Below are positions 28,922-38,280 of a DNA stretch of 64,000 nt, one piece after another (the stretch's first letter is position 1; each line of letters starts with the position of its first letter). The stretch is from a virus. The stretch spans positions 16,802 to 80,801 of IMG/VR virus record IMGVR_UViG_3300009008_000024; one strand, given 5' to 3'. The translations under genes were made by a program, and so were the position numbers. Under the pieces are notes generated by a model. The model was not told where the DNA came from. It searched no databases and worked only from the letters and a program-made list of their open reading frames with translations.

Positions 28922-29861
28922 GAAGCCGTCTAACACAACATACTTTAGTTTAGCGGGCGTCGTGCCTATCGCTGGTGAAAAACTGGATTATAATTTTCCA
29001 TGGCATGATAGCATGATGCCTATTGGTAAAAATTATCTTGCAGTGGAGCGTAGCGTATATGAGTGTGCTGTTGTGGGTTGTGAAAGTATTTGGATTGTAT
29101 GCCACAAAGAGATGCAATCTCTCATCCGCCACCGCCTAGGCGATTGGATATCAGATCCTGCAACATCGCCCGGGGTAAAGGCGCACTTTGTCAAATTTCC
29201 ATCGCAACACACGAAGTATATACCCATCTATTATGTCCCTATCCACCCAAAGGATAGGGACAAGAGAGACTGCCTATCTTGGAGTGTGGTGTATGGTGCG
29301 ATGAGAGCTTTTTCGTTGTCCAAAATAATTAGCAAGTGGACGGTGCCAGATAAGTACTATGTCTCATTTCCATATGGAGTGTACGATCCTACGCAATTGC
29401 AGAAGTACCGCAGAGATATATCAAGCAAGAAGGAGTTTCGCCTATCTTATAGGGGAGAGACTGTTAGAGACGGGAAATATCTCTCTTTTACGTTTGACGC
29501 TGAAGATTGGAAAAAATTCAGAAGAGTTATACGAAGTGGCACTGGGAAATACGAACCAGGTTCGTATTTTGATGAGGAAGAAGGCGCCATAAAAGGAAAC
29601 ACCCTTCCTGTAAGCGAAAGGTATAGCGCCAAACACTTTTCCTTACAGGAGGTATTCGGATGTCTCTCAGCGCAACCCCATGATGATCACGAAATTGATT
29701 GCTATTATGGCGTAGATAACTGGGAAGACTATTGTGCATACATGAGCGCCGAAATGCCCAAGATTTCCAAGAGACCAGATTATATTCTGAAGTATCACGA
29801 GCATAATCCTTTTGGGAAAGACAGGGAAGAAATCGTATGCAGCGATGAAAAAAATACTTGA
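28914..29861 (+). CDS. Divergent sugar-phosphate nucleotidyltransferase-like protein
   Basis: 'LAGVVPIAG.......HDSMMPIG....VERSV.EC...GC..IWIV' parallels the NTP_transferase N-terminus (AIILAGG...PKPLLPI...). Confidence 0.45.
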   Translation: MDKKPSNTTYFSLAGVVPIAGEKLDYNFPWHDSMMPIGKNYLAVERSVYECAVVGCESIWIVCHKEMQSLIRHRLGDWISDPATSPGVKAHFVKFPSQHTKYIPIYYVPIHPKDRDKRDCLSWSVVYGAMRAFSLSKIISKWTVPDKYYVSFPYGVYDPTQLQKYRRDISSKKEFRLSYRGETVRDGKYLSFTFDAEDWKKFRRVIRSGTGKYEPGSYFDEEEGAIKGNTLPVSERYSAKHFSLQEVFGCLSAQPHDDHEIDCYYGVDNWEDYCAYMSAEMPKISKRPDYILKYHEHNPFGKDREEIVCSDEKNT

Positions 29862-29886
29862 CATTTCCTTGGTATTGTGTTATGAT
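29858..29886 (+). promoter_or_regulatory. sigma70-type promoter for tRNA-Leu/tRNA-Ile/hsp20
   Basis: TTGACA-17-TATGAT with TG extension. Confidence 0.8.
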
Positions 29887-29902
29887 GTGGTATCTTAGAC
29901 AG

Positions 29903-29987
29903 GCCGGGATGGCGGAAATGGTAGACGCAGTGGACTTAAAATCCATCGTTCTCTCTGAACTTGAGGGTTCAAGTCCCTCTCTCGGTA
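29903..29987 (+). tRNA. tRNA-Leu(TAA)
   Basis: GCCGGGA/TCTCGGT acceptor, D loop GGAAATGGTAGAC, anticodon arm GTGGA-CTTAAAA-TCCAT, long variable arm, GAGGG-TTCAAGT-CCCTC. Confidence 0.9.
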
Positions 29988-29992
29988 TTTTT

Positions 29993-30068
29993 CTACCTGT
30001 AGCTCAGTGGTTAGAGCATCCGTCTTATAAGCGGGAGGTCGATGGTTCAATCCCATCCAGGTGGACCA
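29993..30068 (+). tRNA. tRNA-Ile(TAT) with encoded CCA
   Basis: CTACCTG/CAGGTGG acceptor, A73 + CCA, anticodon arm TCCGT-CTTATAA-GCGGG, GATGG-TTCAATC-CCATC. Confidence 0.88.
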
Positions 30069-30169
30069 GGTAACACTAGACAGTGGATGTGTGGTGTTTA
30101 TAGTGAGATTGCGCTGCCGTTTTGGAGCGCATTAACCAAGTCATACTTGCTTATAAAGGAGAAAATATT

Positions 30170-30598
30170 ATGACTAATCCAATGATAAAAAGAGTGAACT
30201 ACCCTTCAATTGTAGGGAGGGGCACTTTCGATCAATTTTTCAACCAGATTTTCGAGGATCCATTTACAATGGTGAAGAGGTCAACAGAGGGATATCCCCT
30301 CACAGACCTGTACAAGGATGAAGAGGAGAATCAGGTTATTGAAGTAGCATTGGCGGGGTTTTCAAGAGACGAGTTGAACATTGAGGTTAAAGATAACTCA
30401 ATTACTATCTCGTGCGAGTCCGCCGGAACAGATGAGCAGCAGCGAAGGATTGCGCGTAGGTCTTTTACGCGGTCTTTCGTCGATTACGATCATCAACTCG
30501 ACATGAGGAAGTCGGGCGCCTCATTTGAAAATGGGTTGTTGAAAATTGTTATTCCGCCTACGGAAGAAGCAAAACCGACTGTTATTGATATCCAGTAA
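30170..30598 (+). CDS. Small heat-shock protein (Hsp20/IbpA-like)
   Basis: 'GYP..DLY.......IEVALAGF....L.IEV..N.ITI...RRIARRSFTRSF......ASFENGLLKI.IP..EE.KP..I.I'; SD AAGGAG before ATG 30170. Confidence 0.92.
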   Translation: MTNPMIKRVNYPSIVGRGTFDQFFNQIFEDPFTMVKRSTEGYPLTDLYKDEEENQVIEVALAGFSRDELNIEVKDNSITISCESAGTDEQQRRIARRSFTRSFVDYDHQLDMRKSGASFENGLLKIVIPPTEEAKPTVIDIQ

Positions 30599-30641
30599 TA
30601 GTTAAAGCAAATGAAGTTACCCTGCTGGTAGTGGGTGGAAC

Positions 30642-30672
30642 GGGCAACTTGGTTGGGAGTTGCCCACTTTTT
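30642..30672 (+). terminator. Putative intrinsic terminator after hsp20
   Basis: GGGCAACTT...GGAGTTGCCC followed by ACTTTTT. Confidence 0.55.
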
Positions 30673-30742
30673 GGGGAAGAAAAGTGTCGTGGAGAAGCAT
30701 AAGTGAAGTCCGGCGACTTAGTGAAACATAGGAGACTGAAGA

Positions 30743-30958
30743 ATGAAAAGAAAAGTAAAAAATAAAGAATTTTTAGATGCCCTGAAGAGTCATTACAGGG
30801 CAACAAGAGACAAGAGTCTCGTAACTTTAAAACTATATTTAGACCAACCGCTAGCGGTTGCAGATCACGAAGGTGTGATCGAGAGTATGAGCAAGTTAAC
30901 TCAGCAATTGTCGGAAGCTGAAGAGTCACTTAAAACTCTAGAAACTCACTTCGAGTAG
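30743..30958 (+). CDS. Hypothetical small protein
   Basis: 71-aa ORF with SD AGGAG; helical. Confidence 0.6.
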   Translation: MKRKVKNKEFLDALKSHYRATRDKSLVTLKLYLDQPLAVADHEGVIESMSKLTQQLSEAEESLKTLETHFE

Positions 30959-30972
30959 AAAGATAAATTCCA

Positions 30973-33900
30973 TTGGAAAGAAAAGAATCAAAAATTCCCT
31001 TTGTTGGATTACACGCACACAGCGTGGCGAGTGTGTTTGACGGGTTAGGATATCCAGCAGAGCATATGGATTTCGCATATCAGAATGGCATGGATGCGCT
31101 CGCGCTTACTGATCATGGAAACATGAATGGTTTAGCATATCAGGTGATGCACGCGAAGAAGATGAGCGAGGAAGGAAAAGACTTTAAACCAATATTTGGA
31201 TTAGAGGCATACTTTATACCCTCCATCGATGAATGGCGCCGCGACTATGATAGGATAAAGGAAGAGCGCGCAAATAGCAAGGGAAGGGGAAAGAGTATTG
31301 ATGGTGATGTAAGTGGTGTTACGGTTGAGGTGGAGGAAGATACCAAGAGTGTAACAAAGAACATTCTCAATCGCCGCCGCCACATGGTCTTGCTAGCACA
31401 AAATCAAAAAGGACTCCATAACCTCTTCCAATTGGTCTCTAAGAGTTATCGTGACGAAAACCACTATAGGTTTCCGCGCATGGATGCGGCGCTGCTTAAA
31501 GAGCATAACGAAGGAATTATTGCTTCTTCTGCGTGCTTGGGAGGGGTGTACGCTGGTGACTTTTGGGAAAACCGAGAAGAGGGATCTGACAGTGTTCTGA
31601 GGGCGATGAGAGATACTACCGAAACTATGTTGGATATATTTGGGGATCGATGGTACGCCGAGGTTCAATGGAATAGGATCAAAGAACAGCATCAACTAAA
31701 CAAATATGTCATTCAGGTTGCCGAAGAGTTTGGCATTAAACTAGTAAGTACGGCAGATAGTCACTACCCCAACCCTTCTTTATGGAAGCAGAGAGAAGTA
31801 TATAAGCAAATTGGATGGAAGGGAATTAAAAATGAAAGCAAACTGCCTGATAGTCTTGAGGAGATGCCTTATCAACTTTACCCAAAGAATGGCGATGAGA
31901 TGTGGGATTCGTACAAAAAGTATTCAGAAGCCTGTGGATTCGAATATGATGATAATGTGGTGCGCGACTCTATCACCGAAACATATCACATTGCCCACGA
32001 AAGAATATCCCGGTTCCTACCAAGTAACGAGGTACGGCTTCCAAGTTTTGTGGTCCCCGATGATAAAACCGCCGCCGCAACCCTTGTTGATTGCGCGACT
32101 GAGGGACTTCAGCAAGCCGGCTTTGGTAAAGACGCCGTTTATGTAGAGAGGTTGAACGAGGAACTAGAAGTAATTAACGCTAATGATTTTGCGCAATATT
32201 TCCTAACAATGAAAGCGATATCCGATATTGCAATATCGAAGCAGTTAGTCGGGCCAGCGCGTGGCAGCGCCGCCGGATCTTTGGTCTCATACGTTCTTGG
32301 AATTACCCAGATTGATCCCATTGAACACGATTTGCTGTTCGAGAGGTTTATGACGAGGAATCAGAAGGATGTCGGATTTCCAGATATTGACTATGACGTT
32401 TCAGATCCGATGGAACTAAAGGAAGACTTGATCGAGGAGTGGGGAGAGGATAAGGTAGTTCCTATTTCTAATTGGAATACGCTTCAATTGAAATCACTGA
32501 TCAAAGACATTAGTAAGATGAACAATATCCCCTTTCAGGAAGTAAATGTTGTTACCATGCGAATGATGCAGGAAGCAACGCCTGCCGCAAAGGCAGCAAA
32601 AGGAATGGCGGCAGGACTCTATATACCAGACTTTGAAGAGGTAAAGAAATATAGTGCGTCACTCGGCGATTTCTTCAGGAAGTATCCTGAGATAGAATCG
32701 CACGTAGATGCTTTGTATGGGCAAATTAGGAGTTGCTCTCGCCATGCAGGTGGAATAGTTGTGGGCGACGACCTAGATAAGTGTATGCCCCTCATCAACA
32801 GTGGAGGCGTTAGACAGACTCCATGGAGCGAGGGTCAAAATGTTAGGCACCTGGAACCAATGGGGTTCATTAAGTTCGACATCTTGGGTTTGGCGTCTTT
32901 ACGCATGATGGAGAGTGCTATTCGGCACGTCCTCAAGCGACATTATGGAAACAAGGATCCGTCCTTTGCAGATGTTAGGGATTTTTATGATGAAAAATTA
33001 CACCCCAAGGTAATCGATCTGACAGACCAGAAAGTATATAAAAATATTTTCCACAAAGGGAAGTGGGCGGGAATATTTCAGTTTACTGAAGGTGGAGCAC
33101 AGCGATTTTGCCAGCAGGCAAAACCAACCAATATTGTGGACTTATCTGCTATCACGAGTATTTATAGACCTGGACCTTTGTCTGCTAAGGTAGATCAGCA
33201 TTACGTTGAGGCGAAGAAGAATCCAGAGAGCATTCAATATGCGCACCCCATAGTGAGGGAAGTCACACAAGAGACTTACGGGTTTCTTATCTTCCAAGAG
33301 CAAATAGCTATGTTGGCGCATCGACTGGGGCAAGATCTAAGTTTGGATGAGGGCAATCTTTTGCGCAAAATTCTCACTAAGAAGGGCGCCGGAAAGGCGA
33401 AAATTAAGGCAAAGATTCACCGGAAATTCATTGAGGGTTGCTGCACCAAGCATGGCATAGATCCATCCACTGCGCAAAATCTTTGGGACAAGTTTGAATA
33501 TTTTTCTGGGTACGGGTTCAACAAGAGTCATGCCTTGAGCTATAGCATCTTATCCTTTCAGTGTGCGTGGTTGATGACTTACTATCCAGTTGAGTGGACT
33601 GCCGCCTTCTTAGACAAGGAACCAGAAACACGCAAAGAGAAGGCAATCAACATTGCTCAGAGCATGGGGTTTGGCATAAAAAGGTTGGATGTCAATACTA
33701 GTGGATTTTCGTGGGAAATAGATGAGGCGGGAGAGACGCTCATACAACCCCTTACCAGTGTGAAGGGGTTGGGCGCCGCAGCAATAAAAGAGATCATAGA
33801 TTATCGTCCTTTCGCCACCGTGGAGGAGTTCCTGTTTCACGACCGCATGTCATATTCAAAAGTAAACAAGAAGAGTCTTGATGCGTTGGTGAGATCTCAG

Positions 33901-34404
33901 GCGATGAACAACTTAATTGATGAAAGGTTCGTAGGACTTAAGCATTTCTGGACGGCAGTTGTTTCGGAAAGACCCCGAAAAGAAAAGAATCTAATTGAAA
34001 ACATTTCAAAATTCTCAGATGTAGGAAATTTTTCTCCTGAAGAAAAGTTAGAATATTTGATTGATCTGACTGGACTGTTTCCATTCGATTTGGTTATGTC
34101 ATCTGAAATCAAACAAAGACTGGAAGATAAGTATGTTCCTCCGATTAGCGAGTACGATCCAGATTTGGGAGTGGTGTGGTTTATCCCGAGGAAGGTGATT
34201 CCGAAGAAAACGAAGTTCGGGAAAGATTGGTGGCTCGTAGAGGTGATAGACGAGAACAGCACAGTCACTGCGATCAAGTGTTGGGGCGTGAGGAGCACAG
34301 ATGTTATACATCTCAACCGCCCGTATATGGCAAAGTTAGAGTGTGATCCAGTATGGGGGTTTAGCACTAGAAGTATACGGCACACTTTTAGGTTGTTGGG
34401 GTAG
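30973..34404 (+). CDS. dnaE: DNA polymerase III alpha subunit (family C)
   Basis: PHP 'LHAHS..S.FDG', 'ALTDHGN', 'TADSHY'; 'GPARGSAAGSLV', 'FERF', catalytic 'PDIDYD', 'RHAGG', 'KFDILGL', 'YGFNKSHA'. Confidence 0.95.
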   Translation: MERKESKIPFVGLHAHSVASVFDGLGYPAEHMDFAYQNGMDALALTDHGNMNGLAYQVMHAKKMSEEGKDFKPIFGLEAYFIPSIDEWRRDYDRIKEERANSKGRGKSIDGDVSGVTVEVEEDTKSVTKNILNRRRHMVLLAQNQKGLHNLFQLVSKSYRDENHYRFPRMDAALLKEHNEGIIASSACLGGVYAGDFWENREEGSDSVLRAMRDTTETMLDIFGDRWYAEVQWNRIKEQHQLNKYVIQVAEEFGIKLVSTADSHYPNPSLWKQREVYKQIGWKGIKNESKLPDSLEEMPYQLYPKNGDEMWDSYKKYSEACGFEYDDNVVRDSITETYHIAHERISRFLPSNEVRLPSFVVPDDKTAAATLVDCATEGLQQAGFGKDAVYVERLNEELEVINANDFAQYFLTMKAISDIAISKQLVGPARGSAAGSLVSYVLGITQIDPIEHDLLFERFMTRNQKDVGFPDIDYDVSDPMELKEDLIEEWGEDKVVPISNWNTLQLKSLIKDISKMNNIPFQEVNVVTMRMMQEATPAAKAAKGMAAGLYIPDFEEVKKYSASLGDFFRKYPEIESHVDALYGQIRSCSRHAGGIVVGDDLDKCMPLINSGGVRQTPWSEGQNVRHLEPMGFIKFDILGLASLRMMESAIRHVLKRHYGNKDPSFADVRDFYDEKLHPKVIDLTDQKVYKNIFHKGKWAGIFQFTEGGAQRFCQQAKPTNIVDLSAITSIYRPGPLSAKVDQHYVEAKKNPESIQYAHPIVREVTQETYGFLIFQEQIAMLAHRLGQDLSLDEGNLLRKILTKKGAGKAKIKAKIHRKFIEGCCTKHGIDPSTAQNLWDKFEYFSGYGFNKSHALSYSILSFQCAWLMTYYPVEWTAAFLDKEPETRKEKAINIAQSMGFGIKRLDVNTSGFSWEIDEAGETLIQPLTSVKGLGAAAIKEIIDYRPFATVEEFLFHDRMSYSKVNKKSLDALVRSQAMNNLIDERFVGLKHFWTAVVSERPRKEKNLIENISKFSDVGNFSPEEKLEYLIDLTGLFPFDLVMSSEIKQRLEDKYVPPISEYDPDLGVVWFIPRKVIPKKTKFGKDWWLVEVIDENSTVTAIKCWGVRSTDVIHLNRPYMAKLECDPVWGFSTRSIRHTFRLLG

Positions 34405-34405
34405 T

Positions 34406-35158
34406 ATGTATTTGAATATGGATTGTCTGGATTTCCTTGGGCGGGTAGAGAGTGATTCTGTCGATCTAGTCCTCACTGATCCTCCATACTTTGAGATAAT
34501 AAAGGATGGGTGGGATAACCAGTGGGAGAGTGAAGGGGAATATCTTGAATGGTGTGAGAGATGGACATCTGAATGTGTCCGCGTTTTGAAACCGGGAAGG
34601 TGCCTTTATGTGTGGGGGACTACGAAGACTGATACTTTTTTGAAGTACAAATTGAATGTTCTCAATTCTCAAGAGGAATTGCATTATCAGAATTGGATTG
34701 TTTGGTCCTATGATTGGGGGGGAAGAACCAGAAAAACTTTCCCAAGAAAGCACGAAGATTTGTTGATGTATTCAAAGGGAAAAGAATTTTTGTTTAATGC
34801 AGACGATGTGCGCATACCCTATAAGATGGCAAAGAACATAAGGGGAAACGCTCAGAATAATCCGCTCGGCAAACTTCCAACTGATGTGTGGCATAAAAAT
34901 AACCACACTATGTCGATAGAGTATGCCGGTTGGCACCCCACCCAAAAACCACTAGAACTCTTAGAGAGGGTCATTAGGGCACACACCAACCCCGGCGACG
35001 TTGTGTTGGATATTTTTGGCGGATCTGGTTCGACTATGATAGCGTGCGAATTGGCAGGCAGAAGGTTTGTTGGGTGTGAACTAGACATAGGATACTATGA
35101 GAAATCTAAGGAGAGGATGGAAAAGATTGTTCCTCTTCTCAAAAAAAGGAGTAAGTAA
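34406..35158 (+). CDS. DNA N6-A/N4-C methyltransferase (beta class)
   Basis: 'DLVLTDPPY', 'HPTQKP', 'VLDIFGGSGST', 'GCEL'. Confidence 0.92.
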   Translation: MYLNMDCLDFLGRVESDSVDLVLTDPPYFEIIKDGWDNQWESEGEYLEWCERWTSECVRVLKPGRCLYVWGTTKTDTFLKYKLNVLNSQEELHYQNWIVWSYDWGGRTRKTFPRKHEDLLMYSKGKEFLFNADDVRIPYKMAKNIRGNAQNNPLGKLPTDVWHKNNHTMSIEYAGWHPTQKPLELLERVIRAHTNPGDVVLDIFGGSGSTMIACELAGRRFVGCELDIGYYEKSKERMEKIVPLLKKRSK

Positions 35159-35159
35159 G

Positions 35160-35306
35160 ATGAAAAAAATTATGATAGCATGCTTTTTATGCTTGACATC
35201 TTGTGCAGAAGATGATAAACTGATATGTAGCGAAATGGATGGTGGCACTGTGGATTCGGGATGTCTCGATGAGCAAATCGTTGCATTTCCAGATTTGCTG
35301 AACTAA
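35160..35306 (+). CDS. Small putative lipoprotein
   Basis: MKK + hydrophobic stretch + lipobox-like LTSC; SD AAGGAG. Confidence 0.5.
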   Translation: MKKIMIACFLCLTSCAEDDKLICSEMDGGTVDSGCLDEQIVAFPDLLN

Positions 35307-35488
35307 TAGAAAGGAAAGTGAAAGAATGGTCAAGATGGAACTAGTGAGAGATCCTAGTGGTGCCGAGGATGATTTTGTTATCGTCTATAATGATGGTGAA
35401 ATCACTGGGTATCGCGAGACATTGTTTGAAGTAGAAATTGACAGGAGCAAAAACCATATAAAACCAATTAAGGAAAAGGAGAAGAGTA

Positions 35489-36397
35489 GTGAAGAATGAA
35501 AATAATGTGCGAAATTTAAACCGCGCAGTGCAAAATTTAAATTTAGGGAAAGTCCCGCCAACTCATGGTTGGGAGATAGTCGATGCCACAGTCGCCAAAG
35601 ATCTGCTAGCGAAAAATAAAGGCAATCGTACTGTGAATAAGCAAAAGGTAAAATATTACAAGAGAATTATTGAAAGTGGGGAATTTAAGGATTATTCTGG
35701 CGATCCCATTTGCATTGATACTAATGACACTCTCATCAACGGACAGCATAGACTGAAGGCAATCCTGGAAACTAACTCCCAGTTCGTGATGGGGGTTATG
35801 CGAAATTGTCTACCGGAGATTGCCAATGTCATGGATCAGGGCATGCCACGTAGTGTGTCGGACTTGTTAGATATCAAGCATGGTGCGCAGGACATCAAGT
35901 ATAAGAACATGCTATCATCGGATGCGAAAAGAATCACGAAGGGATTTGGAACAAACTCTTATCTGGCGCCGTCAAACAACGAAATAAGCGACTTCGCCAT
36001 AAAGTATAAGGAAACATTTTATGAATTCTACCAAGCCATGGCGAAGAGTAAGTATAGTCAGGTTACGGTGAGGTCAGCCTTTATTGGATTCGCGATTCTT
36101 TATCCGGGTCGAAAGGATGATATTCTTGGGTGGTGCAAATCGCTAGTGGATAACACATTTGCGGAAAAGAAGGATCCTCTCAACCTCTTCAGCAAGAAGT
36201 TTGATGAGTTGGAGGCAAAGAAGAGGAAAGACAAAGACTTGAGAGTCAAGACCGTGATTTTCTATTCGTATGCCCTAGCAATGGTGCAGGCAAAACTTGA
36301 TGGTAAACCAATCAAGCGATTGAAGCCATTGGAATATTGCCCGCTTACGCAAACGACAATGAGCACGACAGATGGCGCCGCCGGTGGCAAAAAATGA
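35489..36397 (+). CDS. ParB/Srx-like N-terminal domain protein
   Basis: 'NR.V....V..Y...I..G.F....GDPI.ID....LINGQHRL.AI'. Confidence 0.7.
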   Translation: MKNENNVRNLNRAVQNLNLGKVPPTHGWEIVDATVAKDLLAKNKGNRTVNKQKVKYYKRIIESGEFKDYSGDPICIDTNDTLINGQHRLKAILETNSQFVMGVMRNCLPEIANVMDQGMPRSVSDLLDIKHGAQDIKYKNMLSSDAKRITKGFGTNSYLAPSNNEISDFAIKYKETFYEFYQAMAKSKYSQVTVRSAFIGFAILYPGRKDDILGWCKSLVDNTFAEKKDPLNLFSKKFDELEAKKRKDKDLRVKTVIFYSYALAMVQAKLDGKPIKRLKPLEYCPLTQTTMSTTDGAAGGKK

Positions 36398-36945
36398 TCT
36401 TAGAGTATACTAGAACTAGGGAGAATGTTATTCCGCCGACTAGGGCAAACCCAAGTGATGCAGGGTTGGACTTGTTTTTCAACCCAGAAGATGGGCAAGA
36501 AATAACATTACAACCGGGAGGTACCGCCTTGTTCCAGACTGGATATAGGTTTGGCATCCCACATGGTTATTGCCTGGAGGTAAAGAACCGTTCAGGCAAT
36601 GCGTCTAAGCGAAGTTTGCTTGTGGGAGCATGCATCATCGACCCAGGTTATGACGGAGAAGTCTTTGTTAATTTACACAACGTAGGCAAAGAGGAGCAAA
36701 CAATTTACTTGGGCGACAAGATTGCCCAAGTAGTGATGTACCCGGTTGTACACTTTAAGGCATTCGAGAAGCATGACAAAGATTTGTACAATTATTATCC
36801 TATTGCTATGAGCGACAGGAAGGATGGCGCCTTGGGGAGTACTGACAAGAAAGGACGCCAGGGAGAACTCTTCGCGGATAATACTGTGCGAGAGTCTACT
36901 TTGCGATATGCTGACATGTATTTCGATCATGAAGGCGAAAGATGA
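36394..36945 (+). CDS. dut: Trimeric dUTPase
   Basis: 'SDAGLDL', 'NRSG', 'IIDPGYDGEV', 'GDKIAQ', 'RKDGALGST'; ATG overlaps upstream stop (ATGA). Confidence 0.92.
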   Translation: MILEYTRTRENVIPPTRANPSDAGLDLFFNPEDGQEITLQPGGTALFQTGYRFGIPHGYCLEVKNRSGNASKRSLLVGACIIDPGYDGEVFVNLHNVGKEEQTIYLGDKIAQVVMYPVVHFKAFEKHDKDLYNYYPIAMSDRKDGALGSTDKKGRQGELFADNTVRESTLRYADMYFDHEGER

Positions 36946-37024
36946 ATAAGTTCGGACTCTACCCTTTCCCAGGATGAGTCGTATGCTATAGCACGGGATG
37001 ACGGCTCGGAAAGACGAGCACTTT

Positions 37025-37096
37025 GCGGGAGTAACTCAGTGGTAGAGTGTAACCTTGCCAAGGTTGAAGTCGTGGGTTCGAATCCCATTTCCCGCT
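37025..37096 (+). tRNA. tRNA-Gly(GCC), CCA not encoded
   Basis: GCGGGAG/TTCCCGC acceptor, U73, TAACC-TTGCCAA-GGTTG, GTGGG-TTCGAAT-CCCAT. Confidence 0.92.
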
Positions 37097-37130
37097 CAAT
37101 CAGTACAATATAGAAAGGAAGGATCTGAAA

Positions 37131-37610
37131 ATGGATAAGCATACTAAGGAAGTAATGTTTAGCAGCAATGAAACATCTTGGGCAACCCCTCAAGGTTTTT
37201 TCGATATACTGGATGATAGGTTCAGGTTTGATCTTGATCCATGTGCATCGCCAGAAAATGCAAAATGCAAGAAGTATTATACAGAAGAAGACGATGGGTT
37301 GTCAAAAAGTTGGGGACGGAATAGAAACGTCTTTGTGAACCCCCCATACGGAAGGGACATAAAGAGGTGGATTCAAAAATCATACGAGGAAGCAAAGAAC
37401 AACGGCAATACGGTTGTAATGCTTATACCGGCGAGGACTGACACTTCCTATTGGCACGAATATTGTATGAGGGCAGCAGAGATATACTTTGTGAAGGGTA
37501 GATTGAAGTTTGGAGATGCCAAATCCGGCGCTCCTTTCCCTTCTGCGGTTGTGGTGTTTAATTGGTACCACCGCGGCCTTGCGCCACTCGTGGGGTCAAT
37601 AGAGAGATAG
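37131..37610 (+). CDS. Phage DNA N6-adenine methyltransferase
   Basis: 'WATP..FF......F.LDPCA...NAKC..YYT..DDGL..SW....VFVNPPYG...W......VMLIPARTDT....GRLKF....APFPS'. Confidence 0.9.
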   Translation: MDKHTKEVMFSSNETSWATPQGFFDILDDRFRFDLDPCASPENAKCKKYYTEEDDGLSKSWGRNRNVFVNPPYGRDIKRWIQKSYEEAKNNGNTVVMLIPARTDTSYWHEYCMRAAEIYFVKGRLKFGDAKSGAPFPSAVVVFNWYHRGLAPLVGSIER

Positions 37611-37613
37611 GGA

Positions 37614-37622
37614 ACTAGTTAT
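37614..37622 (+). promoter_or_regulatory. Putative late promoter motif (ACTAGTTAT)
   Basis: Between genes, 4 nt before GTG 37627. Confidence 0.55.
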
Positions 37623-37626
37623 TTGT

Positions 37627-38280
37627 GTGACAAAGATATTGCCGCATACGTGCTTTGTGATGATATTGTTCGCGAACATTTCACTTGGTTGTTTCGCGAT
37701 ATCATCTAAAATGCACATATGGAATAGGATTGACGGGACATACGACTGTGTTACACCCAGCGACTTTACTCGTATTCCGGGATTCAAATTTACATACCAA
37801 AAGCAGGATAATTGCAAACTGTATCCCAAGGAGGCGGTGTCTATTGGACTGAATGTTTTTTACCTTTATTGGTATGCGGCTTTTGGTGATACCGCTGACG
37901 CTGTGTTGAGTAACCTCAACAATCTTATAATAGAGTGGCGCACCGAGAAGATGACATTCCGGAATGGGTATCAAATGGACGGCACATTCGTGCCAGAGGG
38001 TGTAGCTATAGGGTTGGCACATGGGAAGGGTCTTATACAGGTATATGTCCCAGAAGGCGCTTCTATAGAAGAGACTTCTTTTGTTCATGAGTTGATTCAC
38101 ATTTCCATTAATGCTGCCTCTGGAACGGATCATGGGGATCCGGATCACGAGGGAGATAAATACCCGGGATGGACTGCTAGGCATACTCAATTGATACCAG
38201 AGATCAACAGCGCTTTACGCGCAATTATGGAAATAAGACATGGTTCGGAAGATCAGAAAGAAATCGACCCTCGACAATAA
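37627..38280 (+). CDS. Exported putative zincin metallopeptidase
   Basis: N-terminal hydrophobic/signal segment; 'FVHELIH......GD.DH' HExxH motif. Confidence 0.5.
   Translation: MTKILPHTCFVMILFANISLGCFAISSKMHIWNRIDGTYDCVTPSDFTRIPGFKFTYQKQDNCKLYPKEAVSIGLNVFYLYWYAAFGDTADAVLSNLNNLIIEWRTEKMTFRNGYQMDGTFVPEGVAIGLAHGKGLIQVYVPEGASIEETSFVHELIHISINAASGTDHGDPDHEGDKYPGWTARHTQLIPEINSALRAIMEIRHGSEDQKEIDPRQ

Noticed and set aside
29858-30073. 71-aa ORF (and minus ORF 36927..37193, and the 5' extension of recA from 21219)
   Set aside because: They overlap well-formed tRNA genes or promoters and are spurious translations.
23537-34404. Inteins or introns in helicase, RNR or DnaE
   Set aside because: Lengths are normal, ORFs are uninterrupted, and no C...HN/LAGLIDADG motifs were seen.
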